Source: Octopus bimaculoides | Lineage: Eukaryota | Length of the DNA: 36,322 bases | Assembly: GCF_001194135.2 (NCBI RefSeq) | Contig: NC_068981.1 | Location: forward strand, 107,824,456 to 107,860,777 | Direction of reading: 5' to 3' | Shown here: positions 1 through 9,070 of the stretch, piece after piece | How positions within the stretch are numbered: position 1 is the stretch's first letter | Layout: each line of letters starts with the position of its first letter | Notes under the pieces: generated by a model | The model's database searches: none | The model's input: only the letters and a program-made list of their open reading frames with translations | What the model was told of the DNA's origin: nothing | Program-made: the position numbers and the translations under genes

Positions 1-254
1 AGGGGCTGGTGGCGAACCCTGCTGTACTCTTTCACCACAACTTTCTCTCACCCTTACTTCCTGTTTCTGTTGTGTCTGTAATTCAAAGGGTCAGCCTTGT
101 CACACTGTGTCACGCTGAATATCCCCGAGAACTACGTTAAGGGTACACGTGTCTGTGGATTGCTCAGCCACTTGCACGTTAATTTCACGAGCAGGCTGTT
201 CTGTTGATCGGATCAACTGGAACCCTCGACGTCGTAAGCGACGGAGTGCCAACA
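1..254 (+). mobile_element. SINE-like interspersed repeat, 3' part (runs off window start)
   Basis: A diverged copy lies on the opposite strand at ~24255-24370 (shared GTGTGACAAGGCTGA, AAGTGGCTGA), so it is a dispersed repeat. Ends GACGGAGTGCCAACA. Family recognised by eye only. Confidence 0.55.
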
Positions 255-382
255 TTATTAGATATTAAATAAATAAAACGAATAGTTTATACCTGATAAC
301 TTACTGATAAAGCAGGGTCACTTTCACAGTGTTCGTCATGTATCTGGTTAATGAGAGATGGAAGATACGGGAGTTTTTATTA

Positions 383-476
383 ATCACTACAATTGTTTCG
401 ACACATCCTCATGGGTGGAATACTTAACAACTGGTTCAGGTGCATCCGACAGTGCAGATGTGTCTCTTCGGGTGAT
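383..476 (-). ncRNA. Type I hammerhead ribozyme motif in left pLTR (core U4 mutated to C)
   Basis: AUCAC-CCGAAGA-GACACAUC[49 nt]GAUGUGUC-GAAA-CAAUUG-UA-GUGAU: 5-bp stem I, 8-bp stem II, palindromic stem III ACAAUUGU. Confidence 0.8.
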
Positions 477-859
477 AAACAGATACAACTCATTAAAATA
501 ATAGTTCTGCAATGCATCTTTTCAGTTCTTGGGAAGAAAAGCAAGCAGCAAATTAAAGGATATAGCTTCACTTATATATAAAATGCAAAAAAAAAAAGAG
601 ACCAACACGTAATACAGCGAAAAAAAAGCATTAACTATAACCGTTAATGAATATGGATGTATAAACGCCCTCACGTAGCTTAAATGACACACGTACAGTC
701 GCTCACAAATAGCCACGGAGATGTAAGCATACGTACACGTGTGGTTTGGCACACAAACGTTCACATAGCAAGTTAAATAGCTACTTGGTGTTTATAAGAA
801 TACGGTGTTTAAAGCTAAATTTAATTCATCCATACCATAAGATGATTATGTTAACAGTT

Positions 860-1690
860 ACTCAAAGTTATTCCCACTGTATTGTGCGAAAGTGCATGTA
901 TATGCAAGTAAGCATCTTGAGAGTCTTTCATAAATTCTATTAATGATCTTCTCATTGGTCCACATGATAAACAAGGATTTCTTGAAGCAGAGTTGGCATC
1001 TATTGGAAAAGATATTATATGGTTTTGCGTGCCTGACTATGAACCAAGTTATGTTATATCTAATTTTATCTTCCTTAAGTCACCACACAAAATCGGCCAA
1101 AGATGTTGAATGTCTCTTATTGATTTTCTTGAAGCTGGTGACATGGTTCCGATAACGATTCTTGAATGAATCAGCCGTTGCCCCAATGTAAACATACGGC
1201 CATCCTCTTGTGTGCACTGTACATTTTTATACAAAATTTATACTCATATAGAAGTTCATCAATGGGCATTTTGATTTTCTCTGCATGAGTGTTTATTATA
1301 TTTATTTGTGTATATGGCAGTTCTGTCTTCATTTTCCAACGTTGTTACCGTGTTAGCTATATGACAATCGTTTCTACAATCACGATTTGATCATATCTGG
1401 GGGATTTCATTGCGGTTTACATCTTCTTTGTTGGTACTTTGATGCATATGTTTGCTAGTTCCAGTAGGTGAGTTATTGAGCTGATGTTTCAATTTACTAT
1501 TGTTTATGCGATGCATATGCTGCTCTAAATTAATAGTCAGCGTAAGATATCTTCACGGTGTGTATATTAAAAGTAGTATGGTGTTTGTTAGATTTAGGGA
1601 AATTCTTGTCTAAAGCGACAAAAAGTTTCTTAGCGATCTTGGTTGAAACATGTAATCCGAAGATTGGGTTGTACCAGAGAGAATCATCAT
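860..1690 (-). pseudogene. PLE ORF C-terminal remnant: RT thumb, linker and GIY-YIG endonuclease
   Basis: Manual translation across frameshifts: WYNPIFGLHVSTKIAKKLFVALDKNFPKSNKHH ... SCRE(K)SKCPL ... V*KCTVHTRGWPYVYIGATADSFKNRYRNHVTSF ... STSLADFVW*LK ... ITWFIVRHAKPY ... RCQLC ... INRIYERLSRC. YIG is at 1190-1182; stops at 1229-1227 and 1082-1080. Confidence 0.88.
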
Positions 1691-1894
1691 TCCTATATTT
1701 ATACATCCATATCCGTTAATGGTTATATTTAATGATTTTTTAACTCTATTGCGTGTTGGTTGCTCTTTTGCATCTGTTATTTTATTATTGATCTTATATA
1801 TAAATGAAGCTATATCTTTTAATTTGCTGCTTTTCTTCACAAGAACTAGGAAGAGACATTGCGGAGGTCTTATTTTAACGAGCTGTATCTGTTT

Positions 1895-2000
1895 ATCACC
1901 TGAAGAGACACATCTGCGCCGTCGGATGCTCCTGAACCAATTGCTAAGTATCCCACTGGTGAAGGATCGATGGCAGATGTGTCGAAACAATTGTAGTGAC
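1895..2000 (+). ncRNA. Type I hammerhead ribozyme motif in right pLTR (intact core)
   Basis: AUCAC-CUGAAGA(1900-1906)-GACACAUCUGC[55 nt]GCAGAUGUGUC-GAAA(1984-1987)-CAAUUG-UA-GUGAC: perfect 11-bp stem II; predicted cleavage after GUA at 1995. Confidence 0.88.
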
Positions 2001-2030
2001 TAATAAAAACTCTCGCATCTTCCATTTTCC

Positions 2031-2070
2031 GTGTGTGTGTGTGTGTGTATGTGTGTGTGTGTGTGTGTGT
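2031..2070. repeat. (GT)n microsatellite
   Basis: Directly visible. Confidence 0.95.
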
Positions 2071-2239
2071 ATAGGTATAGTCATACAAACAGAAAATATA
2101 GAACTCAAAATATAAGTATATGTATATTTTTACTAATATTTAGCAGGAGTAACAGAGTGGCTCAATGTCTTAAAGTTTCGTGCGTTGGCACTTACTGACA
2201 AGTATCAACGCACGAGACTCTTGTATCTGGATTCACTCT

Positions 2240-2965
2240 GTTATTTCGGTTAAATATTAATTGATAGCCACTTCTGACGCTTTGTGGAGGGATGGCAAGC
2301 TGACGAATCGTGATGTCACACATTTGGCCTTCTAGCAGCAACTCGCTCCAGCCAGGATTTGATCACAGTCTCCATCAGCTACACATAGCTGTCTAATTTG
2401 AGCCTAAGGCCCTGTTCAAAGATGTGGGGCAGCATGACGTCACCATAACTGGACACACACTCGAAGGCCATCACACTTTGAGGAACTTGGTTTTCATGAC
2501 GCGTAGGACATGACATGGATTGTAGGCATGCTACCTGTTTTTCTGAGTGATGTTCAACTGATCCTAGCAGAAGTTCTTTTACCTGAGAAGAACCAGATCA
2601 TTCCCGGCTCAAAAGGATGCCTCAGCTTTTACAGGCGCTTCTTTGCCTTTGTCAAGCGATCCGCCTTGGCTGTCATAATCTTTCCCTTGCACTTCTTGTA
2701 CAAGCGGTAGAGAAGGTCCTCATTCAGGGACAGCTTCATAGTGACGACTCGAACACCCACCTTCCTTGCCAAAGCCCTGATTCCCTTGCTCAGATCTTCT
2801 ATCACATTGTCCTGCAGTTGCTGTGTCCCTCCCTGCTGGCCGGCCACAGCTTCGTATTTTCCGTTGCCGCTGTCCATATCACGTCTTACAGTCTTTATAG
2901 TGTTCACAAAACATTGAGCAGCAGTCATGATGCTGGCATTTTGATATTCGAAGCGAAACATCATG
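2240..2965 (-). pseudogene. Degraded Tc1/mariner transposase, maT/DD37D-like
   Basis: ORF 2629-2964 continues through stops and frameshifts as KLRHPFEPGMIWFFS ... VMKTKFPQSVMAFECVSSYGDVMLPHIFEQGLRL ... VIKSWLERVAARRPNV*HHDSSACHPS, matching maT-type WFFSDEK / VMKTKFP / QQDSAP motifs. Confidence 0.8.
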
Positions 2966-5057
2966 ATGCAGTTAACTCTTTCTCAATATTCAGATAACTT
3001 CCAGTTCTCTCATGTTTTTCCAAAAAAGGAAAAATACTACAGAGCTGCTTCGTCCAGACTTTTCTGTTCATTTTAGTATGATTTATGTAGATTACTTTTC
3101 GACGTTAGTATTCTTAGTATTAATACTCTATTCCGAGTCTTTAATCTGAGCGATACCGAGTATTTTAGGTCGTTCATAACACTTGTGCATTTTTATCAGA
3201 TTGACGATGAAAACAATGACATTAATAGCCGTGACATCAAATCTTAAAGTGAAGTCACTCTGTAACAGCTTGGTTTACTATGCGTCCTCGAAATGAACAA
3301 AATTATGTAGATTGATTTTTTTTTAAGTATGCTTTCATAAATTTCCATTAAGGTAGCTCACAGTTATTGATTAATTGAATAATCACAGAAAATATATTTC
3401 ATAATAAATCACAGGGAAATATATCAATGAATAAGAAAATTATCAAATAAATTCAAATTGTGATTCTTCAGAGAATATATTTACATATTTAATTTGCCTA
3501 TATTAATGCATGCCTAATACCTTTCAGAGCTTGATTTTTATGTGTTTCCCGATATTAAACAGAATTATGCAAATAAATTTTTACAAGCAACAAAATTTTA
3601 TAGCTTTCCATTGCATAACAACAATAGAAAAGAATCGTTGGTAGTTGAGAGTATAAGGCCGAATAACCCTCCGAGAATGCGGTAGTTTATATACTGGCAC
3701 TGAATAATTCATCTCAAATAAGTTGCTCTACCTATTTGAAAATATATACTGCTGTTGAGAAAAAAAAAACTCAATGCTTTAACACCAGCGCAACAATAAT
3801 TTTGACAAAGGGACCGTTAGTTAGAAGCTCTTAGTTCAACTACTCCCCAAGTGTAGCTTTGAGAGGTTTTGCTCTACTTATGTGATAGAGATGACACAAA
3901 AAAAAAAGAATAGTAAACGAAAGCAGTGTGAGGGCTAGCGCTTTTTAAAAAAAAATTATGCTGTTATGTTGTTTCAATCCATGTCCAGTCTGTTTAAAAC
4001 TATAGATACAGTTATTATTGGCATATAACGTTAATTATAGGCTTAATTTTAGAGCATCATATCGACAAATATATGCCTAGTACTCGAAATAAAACTGCTA
4101 GCATTAAATACAGATCTTTAAAATTAAAAATTCTCCATCCAGTAACTGAATTAATGTTTATTAACTATCGAGAAAATAGGCACTGTTAAAAGGTTTTCTT
4201 AATTTTCGTTATCTGTTGTTTCCTATCAATGTAACTGAAACGAAAAAGAGCGCGAATTAAAGTGTACAGACACTCTTGAGAACAACTTCCGTGATACATC
4301 TCATCCATAATATTGTGTTAAACAGGGAGACTACACTAGTAAAGTGAATTTTCATACCCATTGATACAATACAAGAGAATACAATTGTGGTTGGAATGAG
4401 AAATGTTTAATAGTAAAATCAAGGGTATTATTGCCTCACTACACACAGAAAGGAACTGAGGTAGTTTGATAACCTTTGCCAAGAGATTATCAAATCAAAG
4501 TACCTAAAGCTTATGTTATTGTAAATGAAATAAGTCCTAGTCTACATTTTGGAAACTTTCAAAGTCGGGAGTGTGAAGACAAGACAGACAGCTGATTTGT
4601 AAAAATAATGCAAAATATCATTAAGTCTAGAATAATATAGTGTCCCTTTTTTATATATTTCCTAAAGTGATTGTCGCAAAATATGCACTAATACTAGTTA
4701 AAGCAGATTGACGTATACAGTCATGACTTCGTATTGAGTCAATGGTAACTACTGTGGTTAAAGTTTATCCGGATTAATATCCTCCCCACCAGGCATGGAT
4801 ATTTTCGATGTGAATACTTCGATCACTGTAACAAACGACCTGTTTCTGTTGGTTGTAGTTTGGTTACAGTCTTCAGGATTTAATAAACTGTCCCATAATC
4901 GAATTGTCAGTGCGGGTAGACGGGTATATGTTGGGTACTTTAGTTTGAAAGTTGTTCATGAGCAAGTAATGGTAGATTCTACTATCTTTTTTACAGATTT
5001 CCCCAAATTACAAATAAGGTAGTAAAATTTATTGTTTTTATACACTCTTTATACAAT

Positions 5058-5132
5058 AGTAGTGGTGGTGGTGGTGGTGATGGTGGTGGTGGTGGTGATG
5101 GTGGTGGTGGTGGTAGTAGTAGTAGTAGTAGT
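5058..5132. repeat. (GGT)n/(AGT)n trinucleotide microsatellite
   Basis: Directly visible. Confidence 0.95.
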
Positions 5133-5365
5133 TGACAGTTCAATTAGTAAATGTTATAAGTAAAATGATCCAGAAACATACATAGGAATATGCACTGAGA
5201 CAAACTGTATATAAGAAAAAGATAATTTTCCGGGATATCATACTTGCTCTCGAATAACTACAATGTCAGCCATTGAAGCAAGCTACATTGCAGTGTCATT
5301 ATATAAACAGGCAATCGTATTAGTAAGATAAGGCAAATAGCTCTGACTTCGTGTGTCGGAGGTAG

Positions 5366-5515
5366 NNNNNNNNNNNNNNNNNNNNNNNNNNNNNNNNNNN
5401 NNNNNNNNNNNNNNNNNNNNNNNNNNNNNNNNNNNNNNNNNNNNNNNNNNNNNNNNNNNNNNNNNNNNNNNNNNNNNNNNNNNNNNNNNNNNNNNNNNNN
5501 NNNNNNNNNNNNNNN
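5366..5515. other. Assembly gap (N run)
   Basis: N bases. Confidence 1.
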
Positions 5516-5519
5516 GTTA

Positions 5520-5705
5520 TATTTGGGATGAGTCGATATTATCGACTCCAGCGCATGGCTGATACTTTACTTTATCGACGACTCCGGGGAGATGAAAAGC
5601 AAAGTTTACTTTGACTGGATTTGAATTCAAAACGTAAAGAGCCAGAACGAACACAGCAAGGCATTTTGTTCCTCGATTAAACGATTCTGCAAATCCACCA
5701 GTCTT
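5520..5705 (-). mobile_element. Diverged tRNA-derived SINE (family A)
   Basis: The reverse complement resembles the copy at 21812-22001 (GCAGAATCGTT head, GAATTCAAAT B-box region, TTTCATC..GTCGATAAAGTAAAGTA core). Confidence 0.65.
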
Positions 5706-5744
5706 AAATAATTGTTCCTAACCTAAGCACAATAGGAAGGCTGT

Positions 5745-5882
5745 TAGTCGTTGATATTGACTCCAGACTTTGATTTATCGACCCGAGAAGGTCGAAAATT
5801 TAAAGCTGAAACTGGTGAGATTTAAATCTATAACATAGAGCGTTGCTCCTTCGTTGTAACGATTCTGCCAGCTCACTGCCTT
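5745..5882 (-). mobile_element. Diverged tRNA-derived SINE (family A)
   Basis: The reverse complement begins AAGGCAGTGAGCTGGCAGAATCGTT and contains GGGTCGATAAAT. Confidence 0.7.
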
Positions 5883-6129
5883 CATATAATAATTATAACA
5901 CACAACCACACAAACATTTTTCCACCTACCATTTTACTGTGGCCAAATTAGTGGATCGTTCACTCTTCTCCGTGCGGCAATGTAAACAATCGCAGGGAAA
6001 GTTGGACTTGAGGATTAGCTAAACTGTTTTTTCACGTGTTAGGAGTTATGAAAAGCCTAGGTTTGAAACATATGTAGTGTTTACTTTATCATTCCCTGCA
6101 TTTATATATATATATATATATATACACAC

Positions 6130-6372
6130 ATTATTTATATTATTTACATTTGACGGATATTTGTCCTCATCTTGTTTGTTATTAACACAACGTTTTGGCT
6201 GATATACCCTCCAGCTTTCATCAGGTGTCTTGGGGAAATTTCGAACGTGGGTTCTCATTCCTAGAGTATTTTTCGATGTTATTATTATTATTCAGGTCAC
6301 TACCTGGAATCGAACTCAGAATCTTGGGGTTAGTAGCCCGCGCTCTTAACCACTACGCCATATGCCCGTGGG
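6130..6372 (-). mobile_element. Composite non-autonomous element: tRNA-like head, (AAT)n, hammerhead-bearing tail (copy 1)
   Basis: A box TGGCGTAGTGG (6360-6350), B box GTTCGATTCC (6315-6306), short AAT tract, hammerhead at 6229-6184. Nearly identical to 6463-6779 on the opposite strand. Confidence 0.85.
6184..6229 (-). ncRNA. Minimal type I hammerhead motif (G12 mutated to A)
   Basis: GACAC-CUGAUGA-AAGCUG[GAGGGUAUAU]CAGCC-AAAA-CG-UU-GUGUU; stem III reduced to the palindrome ACGU. Confidence 0.7.
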
Positions 6373-6462
6373 TTTTATTAGATCCTGCTGGATTCTCTTT
6401 CTATCATCATCTCTTGTTATTTTCCTATGTAATTAAGATAACCTCTCTTCGATTTCGTTATT

Positions 6463-6521
6463 TAGTGGTTAAGAACGCGGGCTACTAACCCCAAGATTCC
6501 GAGTTCGATTCCCGGCAGTGA

Positions 6522-6617
<96 letters not shown>

Positions 6618-6776
6618 CAACATCGAAAAATACCTTAAGAATGAGAACCCAGGCTCGAAATTTCCCCAAGACACTGATGAAGGCTGGAAACGTTGTGTTA
6701 ACAACAAACAAGATGAGGACAAATATCCGTCAAATGTAAATAATGTACATAATTCCTCATCTCTTAAATATAGGAC

Positions 6777-6779
<3 letters not shown>
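6463..6779 (+). mobile_element. Composite non-autonomous element: tRNA-like head, (AAT)~29, hammerhead-bearing tail (copy 2)
   Basis: TAGTGGTTAAG ... GAGTTCGATTCCC head, AAT tract 6526-6613, then a tail matching copy 1. The hammerhead remnant GACA-CTGATGA-AGGCTG-GAAA-CGTT-GTGTT (6670-6699) has lost 15 nt of stem II. Confidence 0.85.
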
Positions 6780-6820
<41 letters not shown>

Positions 6821-7193
6821 NNNNNNNNNNNNNNNNNNNNNNNNNNNNNNNNNNNNNNNNNNNNNNNNNNNNNNNNNNNNNNNNNNNNNNNNNNNNNNNN
6901 NNNNNNNNNNNNNNNNNNNNNNNNNNNNNNNNNNNNNNNNNNNNNNNNNNNNNNNNNNNNNNNNNNNNNNNNNNNNNNNNNNNNNNNNNNNNNNNNNNNN
7001 NNNNNNNNNNNNNNNNNNNNNNNNNNNNNNNNNNNNNNNNNNNNNNNNNNNNNNNNNNNNNNNNNNNNNNNNNNNNNNNNNNNNNNNNNNNNNNNNNNNN
7101 NNNNNNNNNNNNNNNNNNNNNNNNNNNNNNNNNNNNNNNNNNNNNNNNNNNNNNNNNNNNNNNNNNNNNNNNNNNNNNNNNNNNNNNNNNNNN
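6821..7193. other. Assembly gap inside a (TA)n microsatellite
   Basis: N run flanked by (TA)n on both sides. Confidence 1.
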
Positions 7194-7224
<31 letters not shown>

Positions 7225-7469
7225 CGCTAGTGTAATAACATTATCGACCATACATTCTTATTGTACATGCGTAATGTGTTTGCTGGTAGGTTGCGATTTT
7301 ATGTGATGGAGATAACTCTCTCAAACCGCCGGGTGCTAAAGCACCCGAAAGTCATGGATTGGACCGGCGGGACAACTCACCTCGAATCCCATTCAAGAAT
7401 GATGGACATCGATGTTTCAGCATTTTTGTGGCTTATTAACATCACGTACCCGAACCGAAAAGGAGGTGA

Positions 7470-7504
7470 CTCATACCGCCAGTCCACGGGTTTTATTTAT
7501 CTAG
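7470..7504 (+). mobile_element. Possible Helitron 3' terminus
   Basis: Imperfect hairpin ACCGC-CAGTCC-ACGGGT about 10 nt upstream of CTAG (7501-7504), which is followed by T. Confidence 0.4.
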
Positions 7505-7544
7505 TGTAAAAACTTAAGTCGATAACATACATACATGCATCATA

Positions 7545-7548
7545 TATA

Positions 7549-7595
<47 letters not shown>

Positions 7596-7795
7596 TATGG
7601 TGAGGTGTGTGAGTGCGTGTCTTTGTGTCTGTGATTGTCTGCCACCACTGCTTGACAACCGGTGTTGGAGTGTTCACAACTCCGAAACTTAGCGGTTCCG
7701 CAAAAGACACGGACAGAATAAGTAGTAGGCTTTAAAAAAAGCAAAATAAGTACTGAGTACTGAGTTTAATGACTGAAACAGATAAAAGATAAAGC
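7545..7795 (+). mobile_element. 3' half of SINE family B preceded by (GT)n
   Basis: CTTTGTGTCTGTG ... GCTTGACAACCGGTG ... AACTTAGCGGTTC.GCAAAAGA ... AGAATAAGTA ... GACTGAAACA matches the reverse complement of 34068-34280. Confidence 0.75.
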
Positions 7796-7867
7796 AATGC
7801 TGAAATTAAAGAAATGAATAATAGAGCTAAAGATATTTTAGTTTATATCTTTTTTTTTTTTTTTTCT

Positions 7868-8230
7868 GTTATAGAACTTTATATACAGCATTCCACAAAC
7901 AAGAAATTTTAACGATCAAATTGCCTTGTAAGGAATAGTCTTCTTTCATAATTGTAACTCCTGCGCATCCTCATCGTGCTGCAAATTGACTTTGATCAAC
8001 AAATGTCTTTATATGTGAAAAGTACCCGGCTTCACTGAGAGCAACATACCATTTGTATGGGGATAAATGCTACATTTTCGTGCGCCTTTTACTTATTGAT
8101 ATGGCATGTGCGTGTTTGACAGAGAATTGACGCTGTGAAGGGAAAATCTATATCGGATGGTTGCATATTGATATGGAAAATGAGTAAAGCACGTTAAAAC
8201 CAGTCACTTTCATTGCTTTTACGAAAATGT
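7868..8230 (-). pseudogene. Helitron PIF1-like helicase C-terminal remnant
   Basis: INMQPSDIDFPF / QRQFSVKHAHAISISK / YKWYVALSEA, collinear with the Helitron consensus PSD..LPF..RRQFPVRLAFAMTINK ... GQLYVALSR. Confidence 0.65.
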
Positions 8231-8409
8231 CAGAAGAAATAAACAAAACATTAATATGAGATGAAACATGCTTCCAAATAACTCATATGATGCTTATTAT
8301 TTCCTTTCTCATGATTCATGAATATCTTCAATGATGTCTTTTATACTTAATTATTTCCAGTATTCAGCCACCAGAATTTCGTTTAATTCAATCGTAACTT
8401 ATTTGCTTG

Positions 8410-9070
8410 TGTAAAGAGTTCTTTCTTAAAAATAAACCTTAAAAGCTATGATAGACCCTTTGATATATTGCTTGTGAAAGGGCTGTCGTATTGAGGGTAA
8501 AAAAACGATTTTAACATTTTCGTGCAAATTACTCAGTGCAGTCAGATGACCATCGCATTATGTAAAATTAATAAAATTCTCAAACATCTTTCGTTTTCAA
8601 AATGTTTCTGTCACCAGTGTTTAAAAAGTACTTTGGAGAAGTCATTCTTTCTTGATACAATGCCTAAATACTGACAGAGATTGCTTGTTATAGCCTTTAA
8701 GTATTCGGGTGTTCTGTGCGCGACGAGGTTTTAATTTAAAGTCACCTTTAATATTTCCTCCCAAACAGTGTTGTGAGGTTTACTTTCTTAGACGAAAATA
8801 AAATGTTTCTGGAGGTATTCTTTTCGGAAAAAGGTCTGTTTCATCAACACTGAATTTGTTCTTATAACTTCTTTCTTTGATCATTTTTTTAAACATCCTT
8901 ATAATCACCTATATTTCTTTTAACTGTTCACACTGTTGACTTCAGTCACTCTTAAGTTTCGCCTCTATTCTTGTTTTGCCGCCATCACTTCTTTCGTGTT
9001 TTTTATAACTTCCAATTTATCATCAAGATTTAATACTTTCCTCTTCTTGATAACAGAGCATCTTTTGTTG
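8410..9070 (-). pseudogene. pogo/Tigger transposase remnant
   Basis: N-terminal LNLDDKLEVIK (HTH_psq-like), FSVDETDLFPKRIP, GDFKLKP, ILLILHNA, NVKIVFLP and QGSIIAFK in the order of the DDE_1 domain; many frameshifts. Confidence 0.75.

Larger units (their letters stand above)
358..2025 (-). mobile_element. 5'-truncated Penelope-like element with tail-out inverted terminal repeats (pLTRs at ~358-666 and ~1697-2025)
   Basis: 358-666 and 1697-2025 are diverged reverse complements, both ending AATAAAAACTC.CG.ATCTTCCAT. Between them lie RT-thumb and GIY-YIG coding remnants on the minus strand. Each repeat contains a hammerhead motif. Confidence 0.9.

Noticed and set aside
1080-1082. In-frame TGA as selenocysteine in the PLE endonuclease
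   Set aside because: It falls in VW*LK, a variable non-Cys position, in a copy that has other stops and frameshifts.
4795-5022. Possible exon or ORF
   Set aside because: No recognisable motif in any frame and no convincing splice-site pair.
6293-6372. tRNA gene
   Set aside because: A/B boxes are present but the acceptor and anticodon stems pair poorly, and the sequence is embedded in a repeated composite element; treated as a SINE-like head.
6462-6739. Poly-Ile, poly-Leu and poly-Asn ORFs (also at 21195-22172)
   Set aside because: These are translations of (AAT)n/(TTA)n microsatellites.
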